DNA of 64,000 bases from an uncultured delta proteobacterium (lineage in GTDB: Bacteria; Myxococcota; Kuafuiibacteriia; Kuafuiibacteriales; Kuafuiibacteriaceae), in assembly GCA_963803435.1 (NCBI GenBank), contig CAWDML010000009.1, positions 1,056,001 through 1,120,000 on the forward strand, in the 5' to 3' direction. A program made the translations under genes and the position numbers. The notes under the pieces were generated by a model, which was given only the letters and a program-made list of their open reading frames with translations, searched no databases and was not told where the DNA came from. Shown here piece after piece: positions 35,394 through 45,432 of the stretch. Numbering within the stretch: the first letter of the stretch is position 1; every line of letters begins with the position of its first letter.

Positions 35394-38148
35394 TCACTCG
35401 GCCTTTCGCAGCAGGAGCAGCACGTCCTTCTTTCTCCCTGGCTCGATGGTCTCCGCCTTGTCCTCCCAACCCGGGGCGCGGGCCACCACGTGCACCGGCT
35501 GATCCGTCACCTCCACCACGCCGCCGTTCTCGAGCTCGTAATCCTCATCCACCACGATGATCGCCTCCTCCGGGAGGGCCCGAACGCGGACGCGTGTGAT
35601 TGCAGGCTCGACCGGGGGCGGCTCAACGGCGGGCGGCTCGACGGCGGGCGGCTCGACGGGCGGCGCGACCGGCGGCGGCGGTGGCGGCGGAGGCCGCGGA
35701 GGGTGCGGGCGTACGGGGACGCGGACCGGCGCGGAGTCTGGGAGGCCTGCGTCGATCGGCCCGGGGGCAACGGTTTCGATGGGCTCGCCGGCGTCGAGGC
35801 CATTGACGGGCTCGATGAGCCGATCGGGCCCCGGCGGCGGAGGTGGACGGGCGCCGCTCAGGGTCGCCTCCGGCTGCCGGGCGTCGAGGGGCGCGACGGT
35901 CGCAGGCTCTTCGCCGCTCAGATAGACCAGCGCGGCTGCGACCACCACCGCGGGGAGCGCCGCGAAGATCCCGACCAGGCTCCAACGGCGCCGCCGCGAG
36001 CGGGCCAGCTCGTCGTCGGAGATGGGGATGACCAGGTCGCCGAGCGAGGAGTCCTCGTTGATGGGGTCGCCGACCCGGGCCGCCACCACGGGTGCCGGGC
36101 GCATCGGAGCCGGCGGGGGCGGCGGCGGCGGCTCGATCGGCGGAGCGTGTCCCTCGAAGGGCGCGTCGTTCGAGAAGAGCGGAGCCGGCTCGGCCAGCGG
36201 GATCATCGGCTCCATGTCCGCGTCGGCGTTCTGTTCGATCCGGTCGCGAATGATGTGCGTCGGAATGTCGGCCTGCCGAGGTTTGACCTCCCGCGAGCGG
36301 ACGACCTCGGTGTCGTCGCGCGATCGCGCGTCCTCGGTGTGCGGCGGGGGCGTCGCCACCACGCTGGCGAGCAAGTGATCGACCACGCCCCGACCGAGGA
36401 GGCTCTCGGCGTCCTGGTCCTGGATGGTGTCTTCTCCTGGCAGATCGGGGCCCGGGTCCAAGAGGTCGGCGGTCAGGACCTCGGAGAAGGCGCGATCCAC
36501 CGTCTGCTCCGGATCGAGGACCAGGTCCGCGGAGAGATCGCGGGCCGAGATCGGCGTGGGCTGGGCCGGCGGCGGGAGCGGGAGCAGGGTCGATTCGATG
36601 AGATCGAGATCGGGCCGATCGGTCCATCGCTCCGGATCGCCGCCGACCTCGAGATCGGCGGCGCCCCGGAACACGGGTCTTGGCTCGTAGGTCGGCGGCC
36701 CGAGGGCGTCGAGCGCCCGTGGATCCGCGAGGCCGACGGCGAACGGATCCGTGGAGGATTCGAGCTCGTCGAGCGTGGTCCGCGCGGACTCGTCGACGGG
36801 GGCCGAGAGCGGCAGCAGCTCCTGGATCGGTATCGGCCCGGTCGATCCGTCGCGTGATCTCGGTCGGAAGATCCGGGAGCATCTCGAGCGGACGCACGCT
36901 CTTTCGCTTCTTGAGGGGCTCGGTGTCGCGCTGGAGCAGGTTCTCGAGCGCCTCGTCCACGGTGACGTCCCGATCGGGGGGCGGCGCCTCCGCGGGCGGC
37001 TCGACCGGCCGCCTCGGCGAGGGGAGGTCCGGGACCGTGCCCGAGCGGGCCGCCACCAGGGCGCGCGCCTCCACCTCGAGCGCCTCGATCTGCCGCTTCA
37101 CCGCCTCGAACGCGGGGTCGTCGAGGTTGAGCGAGCGGTGTGGTGGCGGCGGGCTCTTGGCGGCGATCTTCGTCTTGGCGCGGGAGGCCGGGCGCATGCG
37201 CGCCATCGTCGGCTCCTCGCGGACGGGCTCACCCGCGCGGTCGCCGACCAGCTCGCGCCACGCGGCGTGCCGGAGCTGGTAGCGCGCTCGCAGCCAGCTG
37301 CCGATGTGGTCGGCTCCGACCTCGGTGCGCGTGGTGGCGACCAGCCGGAGCGCGTCCCGGGCGGCCCCCCCGTCGGCGAAGCGTCCCGCCGGCGCGGGGC
37401 GCAGGAGCTTGCGCAAGACGAGCTGCATCTCGATGGGATAGCCGTCGCCGACGACGTCGCGCGGGCGGGGCACCTGTCCCTCGGTGATGCGGGCATCGGC
37501 GTCGTGCAGGGTGGGCTCGTCGAACAGGCGGTGCGCCGTGGTCATCTCGAACAGCAGCACGCCCAGCGCGAAGACGTCCGACTGTGGACCGAGCGGCTCC
37601 GAGCGCACGTGCTCGGGAGAGCGATACGCCATGCGACCGGGCGCCTGGGCGCGCTCGCGGTACGCGTCTCCTGCGGGATCGATCAAACGGATCGAACCGT
37701 CGTAGCCAATGATCACGTGATGCGGGACCAGGTCGCCGTGCACCTGGCCGGAGAGCAGGATGAGTTGACGCGCGATCCCCATGCCGATCGCGAGCGCGAG
37801 GTCGTGATTGATCGGCTTCTTGGAACTGACCACGTCCTCGAGGATGGTCGCGAGGCTCTCGCCGATGACCAGCGGACCGGTCGCCAGCGTCGCCAGCCCC
37901 ACGCGTGTGAGCGGCTGGGAGGGGACGCCGACGATTAGGCCCTTCGCGTTCATAAGCTCGGCTTGAAAGACCTCCGCATCGATGTGCGAGTGGAGCTCGC
38001 GGACGATCATCGGGTCCGACGATCCGCGCTGGCCGATGTACGCGGTCGTCCTCCGTCCGACGCCGATCCGGGCCGTGAGAGTGAACGGCCCGATCTCACG
38101 GGTTCTTGCGAGCCGTTCGGGCGGCCCGGCCGCGCCAGGGACGGTCAT
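35394..38148 (-). CDS. Pseudokinase + long acidic/Pro-rich linker + TM + PEGA-like domain; apparent frameshift near 36855
   Basis: Kinase fold retained (AYRSPE, SDVFALG) but VAIK, HRD..N and DFG are altered. Codon bias switches frame at PTEI/RDGSTGP, joining ORF 35623..38214 to ORF 35394..36674. Start uncertain. Confidence 0.75.
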
Positions 38149-38249
38149 CGACCGCGCCAAGGATAGCTTGGACAACGACGTGACGTGAGCTGCGATCCCG
38201 GGCATCATGCGCAAAGCAGCCGTTCGTGAGGGCTGACCCTGATCGGGCG

Positions 38250-38813
38250 ATGGACAAGCAGTGGCTGACGAACATGTTCACGGAGGCAGGCCTGGAGCCG
38301 GATCAGGCGCAGAAGGCCGCCGACGAGACTACCTTGAGGTTGCTTCAGCGAGAGCGACCTACCCGTGTCGAGCGCCGGCACCGCTCGATTCTCGACAATC
38401 TGGTCCGTGATCCGTTGATCAGTCTCAACCGGATCGTGGGTCGCGGTGACACCGGGCTGCCGTTCGTCGACGACGCCCTCGGCAAGCTCTCGGCCGCCGC
38501 CTTCTCGGACGTGCTGAGCGAGTCCGGGCTCGATCCGGTGGTGAGCATGGCCTTCGCGAAGGTGATCGAGGAGGCCTACACCCCGCACGACCTCTACCAG
38601 CCGGTCTGGGACGCGCTCGGCCACGAGGGCGCGGTCGATCTGGAGACGCTCCGGCGCGAGGACTGGACGCCGCTCCGCGCACAGTTCCCCGAGCTGATGA
38701 GCCTTCCGCTGGAGGATCGACCGACCGAACAGGTCCGCGCGGTGAAGCCGAGAGCGCGCCCGCCCGCGGGTGGGAAGATCATTCGCGGGACGGTGCCGAA
38801 GAAGAAGACGTGA
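38250..38813 (+). CDS. Hypothetical protein
   Basis: Host-like codon usage; fills the gap between divergent and convergent neighbours; no family recognised. Confidence 0.7.
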   Translation: MDKQWLTNMFTEAGLEPDQAQKAADETTLRLLQRERPTRVERRHRSILDNLVRDPLISLNRIVGRGDTGLPFVDDALGKLSAAAFSDVLSESGLDPVVSMAFAKVIEEAYTPHDLYQPVWDALGHEGAVDLETLRREDWTPLRAQFPELMSLPLEDRPTEQVRAVKPRARPPAGGKIIRGTVPKKKT

Positions 38814-39434
38814 TCAGAGGCTGACGGCGTAGAGCTCGACGACCAGCGCTTCGTTGATCGCGAGCGGGCAGTCGCCGTGCTCGGGCACCTGCTTGACGGT
38901 GCCGGAGAGGACGTTGTCGTCGCGATCGAGGTACGAGGGGATCGGCAGCAGTACGGGTCCCGCGATCTCCTCGGCGACGCGCGCCTTGTGCTTGCTGCTC
39001 GGCCGCACCTGGATGACGTCGCCCGGGCGACACAGATACGACGGCACGTCGCAGCGCTCGCCGTTCACGTTGATGTGTCCGTGGTTCACCATCTGACGCG
39101 CGGAGCGGATCGTCCGGGTGAAGCCGAGCCGGAACACGACGTTGTCGAGGCGGCTCTCCAGGAGGGCCAGCAGGCTCTCGCCGGTGTTGCCCTTCTGGCG
39201 CTTGGCCATGACCATGTAGCGGCGCATCTGGCGCTCGCCCACGCCGTAGTGCGCGCGCAGCTTCTGCTTCTCTCGGAGGCGGATCGCGAAGTCGGAGAGC
39301 TTGATCCGCTGCGTGGGGCCGTGTTGGCCGGGCGGATAGGGGCGACGAAGCTCTCTGGGAACGACGAGGCCGGGAAGCTCGCACCCGCCGAGACGGCGGG
39401 CGATCCGCAGACGAGGACCGATATACCGAGACAT
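38814..39434 (-). CDS. rpsD: 30S ribosomal protein S4, stand-alone copy lacking zinc-ribbon cysteines
   Basis: MSRYIGPRLRIARRLG, PPGQHG, LREKQK, LESRLDNVVFRLG, ARQMVNHGH; AGAGGG upstream. Confidence 0.95.
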   Translation of the reverse strand: MSRYIGPRLRIARRLGGCELPGLVVPRELRRPYPPGQHGPTQRIKLSDFAIRLREKQKLRAHYGVGERQMRRYMVMAKRQKGNTGESLLALLESRLDNVVFRLGFTRTIRSARQMVNHGHINVNGERCDVPSYLCRPGDVIQVRPSSKHKARVAEEIAGPVLLPIPSYLDRDDNVLSGTVKQVPEHGDCPLAINEALVVELYAVSL

Positions 39435-39474
39435 ATGGGCTGTCCCTCTTAGGCGACCCCAGCCGAGGATGCAA

Positions 39475-41351
39475 TCAAAAAGAGGGGTCGTCCCGCTCGA
39501 TCTTGGCCAGCGCCGCCCGCACGTAGGCATGGCGCTCGAGGAGGTCGATCGCGCCCAGGAGCGCGTCCCGATCAGGGAGATCCGCCCGCTCGGCCTGGGC
39601 CCGGAGGGCCGCCAGGGTGCGGTGGAAGGCCGTCGGGCGCGCCGCGGCTGCGTCGTTCCTCTTGGCGCGGGCCTCGGCCAGATCCGTGGGCGAGGGGGCG
39701 CGCAGGTTGACCATCGAGTGGGAGGCGAGCGGCAGCGCCTCGCCGTCCGGCTGCAGATCCGGGGTCTCGGCGGCCGAGAACTCGGGGTGGCTGTCGAGGA
39801 CCGGCCGTTCGTCGCCCCAGCGGACGAGGTCGTCCCTCAGCGGCTCCACGAAGAGATCGTGCCGGGAGACCATCAGCGTGGTGGCGCCCTCCTCGTCCCG
39901 CGTGCGGCTGCCGAGGTCCGGGATCTCGGGGACCTCGACCTCCGGGATCACCGGCGGATTCACCAGGAGGACGTCGTCGTTCGTGGCGCCGTCCCAGTCG
40001 GCGAAGACCGGGACCTCCATGTTGATCGGTTCGTAGTCCGGCGGAACCATCGCCGGCGGCTCGGCCAACGTCCGCTCGTCAGGATCGATCGGGCTGGGCG
40101 CGGGGGGCTCGTAGAGCGGATCCGGCTGGAGGATCCCGATCGGCTCGAGCGCTTCGGGCTCGACCTCCTGGGGAAGGTCGCCGGTCTTGGGCACCACCAG
40201 ATCGGGCACGAGCTCCTCGAGCCGGATCTGATCGCCGCTGCCGACCGTCTCCTCGTCGCTTCGATCCGACGGCGGAGGGAAGAGGCCCGGACGGCTGCGG
40301 CTCGGCGGCGTGGGCTCGTCTTGAAACAGGTCGTCGCCGGCGCTGGAGGCCGCGACGAAGAGGTGCGCGTCGGGATCGGGGCGCTCGGGTGCGAACAGAT
40401 CGCCGGAGGGCTCGCTCGCGGGGAGCGGGCGGTAGAGCTCCGGCTTCGGTGTGGGCTCCTCGGCGAAGAGGTCGTCGCCGGGCGGCGGCGGTACCGGCTC
40501 GAACGTCTGGAGCCCGCGGCTCGGTGCGCGCGGCGTCGGCGCTCGAGGCTGCGGCTCGGGCCGGCCCTTGACCACCTTGATCGACGACGGCGGCGGCATC
40601 TCCTGGACGCGCGGCTCCGGCGGGGGCGCGCGCTGCGGGATGACGTTGGGTCCGAGATCGGCGGTGGTGTCGGTGTCGTCGGACGGCGGCGCAGGCGCGT
40701 CCGTGGGCTCCGGCAGGACGCCCTCGGGGCTCTGAAGATCAGCATCGTCCGGCCGATCACGAGCTCGTCGTCGTGCTCGAGCACGGCCTGATCCGTGTAC
40801 TCGCCGTTGAGCAGCGTCCCGTTCGCCGACCCGAGGTCCACCATCACGTAGCGGCCGTTCTCCCAGCGCAGCTCGGCGTGGCGCTTGGACGCGCGCTGAT
40901 CGTTGACGAGGATGTCGTTGCCGGGCGAGCGGCCCACCGTGCAGACGCGGCCGAGCGGGAGGACGTACTCCTTCCCCTCCGGATCGATGTGGGTGATCTG
41001 GGGCCTGGGCGGCCGCTTCGACTTCGGTGGGTCGGGCTCGGCGGTCGGCGGCGGCTGGCTGGTGGCGAAGTCGCGGATCTCCTTCGCCAGCATGCCGATG
41101 TCGATGTCTTCGATGATCGCCTGCGCACCTTTGTCCGTGAGGTAGGCGATGTCGGGGCCGAACGTGTTGATGAGCCCGCGGCTGGTCAGGTACTCGAGCG
41201 CCGGATCCGACCTGTCTCGAGCAAGCTCCAGATCTTGCAGCGTGAAGTACACGTCGAGCTGGCGGTTGGTACGACCCTCGGCGTCCCGGAAGAATCGCTC
41301 GAGGAGGTCGCGGGCGACCTTGATGTTGCTCTTGGTGGCCAAGTGGACCAC
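39475..41351 (-). CDS. FHA-domain protein with winged-helix-like N-terminus and long acidic/Pro-rich tail; apparent frameshift near 40734
   Basis: FHA motifs VGR, SKRHA, DLGSANGT. Adding one C after ATC TT restores ...LIFQSPEGVLPEP into ORF 39475..40599. Start uncertain. Confidence 0.75.
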
Positions 41352-41387
41352 ACCATAAAGTCGATCGCGCTCCGTTTGAAGATCGAA

Positions 41388-41441
41388 GAAAAAATCATGT
41401 TTTTCGCTATGTTGCGAATACCCGCTGGCGACCGCCATAAT
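41388..41441 (+). promoter_or_regulatory. Promoter for the CBS gene with upstream A/T inverted repeat
   Basis: TTGCGA-N18-CATAAT (41412-41441) and GAAAAA-N6-TTTTTC (41388-41405) in an AT-rich divergent spacer. Confidence 0.45.
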
Positions 41442-41460
41442 CGACGTTCGGGGGGTAACG

Positions 41461-41997
41461 ATGATCGATGTTTTGAATAGCGAGTTCGCCGAGGCCTACA
41501 ACGACGCGCCCAGCACGTCGACCGAGAGCATCACGGACGATCTTCTGACTGAGAATCTCGACCGATTGAAAGTAAAAAAACCGGTCTGCGTCTCACCGAC
41601 GGCGAACGTCGAGGAGGTGATCATCGGTATGGGGGAGCGCAACCATGGTTGCGTGCTGGTGAAGGAAGGGGAGCAGCTGGTCGGCATCTTCACCGAGCGC
41701 GACGTCGTCCGTCGCGTCGTCGGGAAGGTCGATCTCAAGACCACGACCGTCGCGCAGGTCATGACGCCGGATCCGGAGGCCGTCATGTTCCACGACACCC
41801 TGGCGCACGCGCTCAACAAGATGACGGTCGGCGGCTTCCGCCACGTCCCGCTGGTCGACAATCAGCATCGCCCGGTCGGCGTGGTCTCGGTGAAAGACAT
41901 CATCAATCTGATCGTCGAGCACTTCCCGCGGAGCGTGCTCAACGTGGCGCCCGATCCGGTCGTGCGCAATCCGGATCAGATCGGCGGCGCCGGCTAG
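41461..41997 (+). CDS. CBS-domain pair protein
   Basis: LVGIFTERDV, VMTPDP, FRHVPLVD, VGVVSVKDI. Confidence 0.9.
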   Translation: MIDVLNSEFAEAYNDAPSTSTESITDDLLTENLDRLKVKKPVCVSPTANVEEVIIGMGERNHGCVLVKEGEQLVGIFTERDVVRRVVGKVDLKTTTVAQVMTPDPEAVMFHDTLAHALNKMTVGGFRHVPLVDNQHRPVGVVSVKDIINLIVEHFPRSVLNVAPDPVVRNPDQIGGAG

Positions 41998-42063
41998 AAG
42001 CGTGTAGCGCGTAGCGCTACCGCGAGCCCGGTCCGGGTCCCGGTCCCGGTCCCGGTCCCGGTC
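41998..42063 (+). repeat. Left terminal inverted repeat including six CC(C/G)GGT hexamers (42027-42062)
   Basis: Aligns by eye with the reverse complement of 42953-43019 with about 7 differences over ~66 bp. Confidence 0.9.
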
Positions 42064-42067
42064 GCGA

Positions 42068-42436
42068 TCATGCAGCCCGGCGTGCGTTCATCGACTTGAT
42101 GAGGCGCGTGAGCCTCTCGACAACGCGCTTGAGCTTGGCTCTGGCGGCTTGGACCTTCTGCTCGTTGGGGAGTCGGCGCCTCGAGCAGGTGTGGAGTGAG
42201 GCGGCGCTTTCGGTGCCAGAGCGAAGTGCCATCCGGTAGAAGCGAGCCTTCTCAGGTGGATTGAACTCTCCGGCGCCCTCGGCGGTGTTGTTCACGATGG
42301 AATCGGATGCCCGCCGAAGCTGATCGCGGACGTGAGCGTGACCGGGTTGCAGTTCTTGTGCGATCTCTTCAGCGATGTCGGCCTACTCGACGGCGAGCTG
42401 GTAGACCTCGAGCTTCTCGTGATCGAAAGTGACCAT
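42068..42436 (-). pseudogene. Four-helix-bundle protein (23S rRNA IVP/Avd-like family) with in-frame TAG at codon 18
   Basis: MVTFDHEKLEVYQLAVE*ADI...DQLRRASDSIVNNTAEGAG...EKARFYRMALRSGTE; stop at 42383-42385. Confidence 0.85.
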
Positions 42437-42559
42437 GCAAGCTAGCTTGCGGTAGCTCGTCCACTTTGACCAGCAGAAGTTCTTGGAGGTCGTTTCGTCT
42501 GGAATCGATCGTTGGGCGGATCGACTTCGACGCCTGGACTTGATCCCATGGTTTCGTGG

Positions 42560-42933
42560 CGCAGCAAGACCGTTCTTGGACTCCGAGACAATCGTTCTAG
42601 CTCCCGCCGTCCCCTCTCGAGTGGCTCCCAGAAAATCATCTCGCGTACTTCGTCTTGGACGTCGTCGATGAGGTAGAGCTGAGCGCGATCGACACCTCGC
42701 TCGCTCGCAAGCGAATGCGAGACAAGTTGCAAACGCGCGACGGCAAGGCGGTCTACCCCCGCAGGAAGAGTATCGTCGAACCGGCGCTCGGACAGATTAA
42801 AGCGGCACGAGGATTCCGCCGGTTCTTGCTACGCTCCTTCTTCAAGGTACGAGCCGAGGGGACGCTCGTCTGCCTCACCCACAACCTGCTCAAGCTCTAC
42901 CGATCGAAGCTCGCGACCGTCGCGAGCGTCTGA
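42560..42933 (+). pseudogene. Internally deleted IS1182-family transposase remnant
   Basis: N-terminal WTPRQSF*LPPSPLEWLPENHLAYFVLDVVDEVELSAI joined directly to C-terminal RMRDKL..G..VY.RRKSIVEPALGQIK..RGFRRFLLR....V..E..L.CLTHNLLKL; TAG at 42598; the DDE core is missing. Confidence 0.8.
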
Positions 42934-42952
42934 CTCAAGGCAGCCATCTTCA

Positions 42953-43019
42953 GATCGGGACCCGGACCGGGACCGGGACCCGGACCGGGGTCGCGTGAGC
43001 GCTTACGCGCTACACGCTC
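42953..43019 (-). repeat. Right terminal inverted repeat including ACC(C/G)GG hexamer array (42954-42989)
   Basis: Reverse complement of the left repeat. Confidence 0.9.
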
Positions 43020-44276
43020 CTAGCGAAGCTGGGGCCCGACCGATTGAATCAGATCGGTCAGGCGAAAGAGGAAGTCGTTGGCGGTCCGGCCGTCGATGAC
43101 GCGGTGATCGTACGAGAGCGCCGCGTACATCATCGGCCGCACCACGATGACGTCCTCGCCGTCGATCTCGCGCACGACGGGCCGCTTCACCGCTGCGCCC
43201 ACCCGGAGGATGGCGACCTCCGGCTGGCGGATGATCGAGACGCCGAAGAGGTTCCCGCGCCGTCCCGGGTTGCTGACGGTGAAGGAGCCGCCCGCCACGT
43301 CGTCGGGCGTGAGCCGCCCCTGGCGCGCCCGCTCGGCAAGCTCGTGGATCCGGCGCGCCAGGCCGAGGAGACCGAGCTCGTCGGCGCGGTGGACCACCGG
43401 GACCACCAGGCCCTCCGCGGTGTCGACCGCGACGCCGATGTTCTTCTCACGGCGCACGATCAGCGATCGCTCCTTCACGGTGGCGTTGAGCTGCGGGTGC
43501 TCGCCGAGCGCGCGGGCGACGGCGGCGACCACGTAGGGAAGGAAGGTCAGCTCCACGCCGCTCTTCTGTGCGATCGGCCGGTCGGCGGCGCGCGCGCGCT
43601 CGACGTGGCCCAGATCGATCTCGGCCACGGCGAAGACGTGCGCCGAGGTCTTCAGGCTGAACAGCATGTGCTCCGCGATCTGCTGGCGGCGCCGCGAGAA
43701 CGGGATGACCTCGTCGCCCGGGACCGGCCGGTAGGGCGGCGGGCGGAACGCGATCTCCTGTCGGGGCAGCTCGGTGGGGAAGGGCGTGGCGTCGGGGGTG
43801 GCGAGCGGCGGCGGCACGCTGGCGTTGGTGCCCCGCGTCTCGAGCGCCTTCAGCACGTCGTCGCGGGTGACGCGCCCGCCCTTGCCGCTGCCGTGCAGGG
43901 CGAACAGATCGATCTGATGCTCCCGCGCCAGCCGGCGCACCGTCGGCGAGCTCCGGATGGGCCCGCGCGGCGCCAGCCGATGGACGGGGAGCCGCCCCCC
44001 CGGTGCGGCGACCTCCGGGCCTCCGCCGCCCAGGCGCAGGATTGGGCGGCCCACCTCGACGGTGTCGCCCTCGGCGACCAGCTGCTCGGCGACCACGCCG
44101 TCGGCCGGAGAGGGGATCTCGCTGGTGGCCTTGTCCGTCTCGACCTCGGCGAGGATTTGTCCGCGGGTCACGCGCTCGCCGGTCTGCACGCGCCAGCGGA
44201 CCAGCGTGCCCTCGACGATGCTCTCGCCGAGCCGCGGCATGACCACCGTGCTTCGATCGAGCGCACCGTCGCTCAT
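43020..44276 (-). CDS. 2-oxoacid dehydrogenase E2 dihydrolipoamide acyltransferase
   Basis: Lipoyl domain EVETDKA, E3-binding SPTVRRLAREH..GSGKGGRVT..DV, catalytic LSYDHRVIDG. Confidence 0.93.
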   Translation of the reverse strand: MSDGALDRSTVVMPRLGESIVEGTLVRWRVQTGERVTRGQILAEVETDKATSEIPSPADGVVAEQLVAEGDTVEVGRPILRLGGGGPEVAAPGGRLPVHRLAPRGPIRSSPTVRRLAREHQIDLFALHGSGKGGRVTRDDVLKALETRGTNASVPPPLATPDATPFPTELPRQEIAFRPPPYRPVPGDEVIPFSRRRQQIAEHMLFSLKTSAHVFAVAEIDLGHVERARAADRPIAQKSGVELTFLPYVVAAVARALGEHPQLNATVKERSLIVRREKNIGVAVDTAEGLVVPVVHRADELGLLGLARRIHELAERARQGRLTPDDVAGGSFTVSNPGRRGNLFGVSIIRQPEVAILRVGAAVKRPVVREIDGEDVIVVRPMMYAALSYDHRVIDGRTANDFLFRLTDLIQSVGPQLR

Positions 44277-44343
44277 GTCGCGCCGATAGCATGAAAGACG
44301 ACGTCTTGACCCGATTGAATGCGCCGCGGAAGATGCCGCGCGG

Positions 44344-45432
44344 TTGAACCACTCGGCCGCCTTCCCGCCACCTCCGGCACCGCCGTCCTCCACGCCGCCC
44401 GCCCTGGGCGTGGGCCTCGTGCATCCCGAACCGGCGGTGCAGCGGGCGTTGTTCGAGCTGATGCTCCGCTCCCGGCGCATCGAGGAGCGGACGGTCGAGC
44501 TCTACCGCCAGGGCGCGATCACCGGAGGCTGCTACACGGGCATCGGGAACGAGGCCACCAGCGTGGCGGCCGCGCTCGCGTTGACGAAGCAGGACGTGCT
44601 GCTTCCGACTCACCGCGACATGGGCACCCACCTGGTGTTCGGCCACTCGCCCCTCGAGATCATGCGGCAGTACTTCAAGCGGGAGGGCTGCCAGACCGGC
44701 GGCAAGGACTCGAGCCTGCACATGGGGCGGCCGGGGACGAACCTGATCGGCCACATCTCTCCGCTGGCCCACAACCTGCCGCTGGCGTGCGGCGTGGCGC
44801 TGGCGGAGCGCCAGCTGGGGCGCGACTCGGTGGTGCTGGCGACCGTCGGGGAGGGCGCCAGCTCGCTCGGCGACTTCCACGAGTCGCTGAACTTCGCGGC
44901 GGTGCAGCGGCTCCCGATCATCTTCGTCATCGTCAACAACCAGTACGCCTATTCGACGCCGCGAACGATCCAGTATGCGTCGGTGAAGCTGGCCGATCGC
45001 GCCATCGGCTACGGCATGACCGGCGAGCAGATCGACGGCACCGACGCGCTGCTGGTCCATCGGGCCGCGTCGGCGGCGGCCGAGCGTGCCCGCGCGGGCG
45101 AGGGCCCCGCGCTGATCGAGTCGGTGACCATGCGGATGCGCGGCCACTCCGAGCACGACGACTTCAAGTACGTGCCGAAGACGCTGCTCGACCGCTGGCG
45201 GGTCTGGGATCCGGTGGAGCGGATGCGCGCGCACCTGATCGCGAACGCGATCGCCTCCGAGGCCGACCTGGCCGCGACCGGCGCCGCCATCGACGCCGAG
45301 ATCGATCAGGCCGTCGAGACGGCGCTGGCCGAGCCGCCGCCCGCTCCCGAGACCGCGGGCGAGGGCGTCTACACCGCCTGGGATCCGGCGTGGACCGTGC
45401 CGAACAGCGGCGACGACTGGAGCCCGCGATGA
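44344..45432 (+). CDS. TPP-dependent 2-oxoacid dehydrogenase E1 alpha (probably branched-chain type)
   Basis: GNEA, THRD, GEGASSLGDFHE..N...NNQYAYS, RMRGHSEHD. Confidence 0.92.
   Translation: MNHSAAFPPPPAPPSSTPPALGVGLVHPEPAVQRALFELMLRSRRIEERTVELYRQGAITGGCYTGIGNEATSVAAALALTKQDVLLPTHRDMGTHLVFGHSPLEIMRQYFKREGCQTGGKDSSLHMGRPGTNLIGHISPLAHNLPLACGVALAERQLGRDSVVLATVGEGASSLGDFHESLNFAAVQRLPIIFVIVNNQYAYSTPRTIQYASVKLADRAIGYGMTGEQIDGTDALLVHRAASAAAERARAGEGPALIESVTMRMRGHSEHDDFKYVPKTLLDRWRVWDPVERMRAHLIANAIASEADLAATGAAIDAEIDQAVETALAEPPPAPETAGEGVYTAWDPAWTVPNSGDDWSPR

Larger units (their letters stand above)
41998..43019. mobile_element. Non-autonomous IS1182-related element with long terminal inverted repeats and CTAG target duplication
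   Basis: CTAG at 41994-41997 and 43020-43023; ends AAGCGTGTAGCGCGTA.../...TACGCGCTACACGCTC; interior has lower GC and two decayed genes. Confidence 0.8.

Noticed and set aside
35606-35700. 15-bp tandem repeats and GGC runs
   Set aside because: They encode VEPPA and poly-Pro linker; there are no spacers, so not CRISPR.
41574-41580. A7 run in the CBS gene as a phase-variation site
   Set aside because: Short, in frame, and in the AT-richer 5' part of the gene.
42383-42600. Two in-frame TAG codons in the mini-element as amber recoding
   Set aside because: TAG is a normal stop for many genes here and the transposase is otherwise decayed; mutation is the simpler explanation.
42027-42989. Hexamer arrays as CRISPR, or the Avd-like gene as part of a DGR
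   Set aside because: No spacers, cas genes, reverse transcriptase or TR/VR pair are visible in the window.
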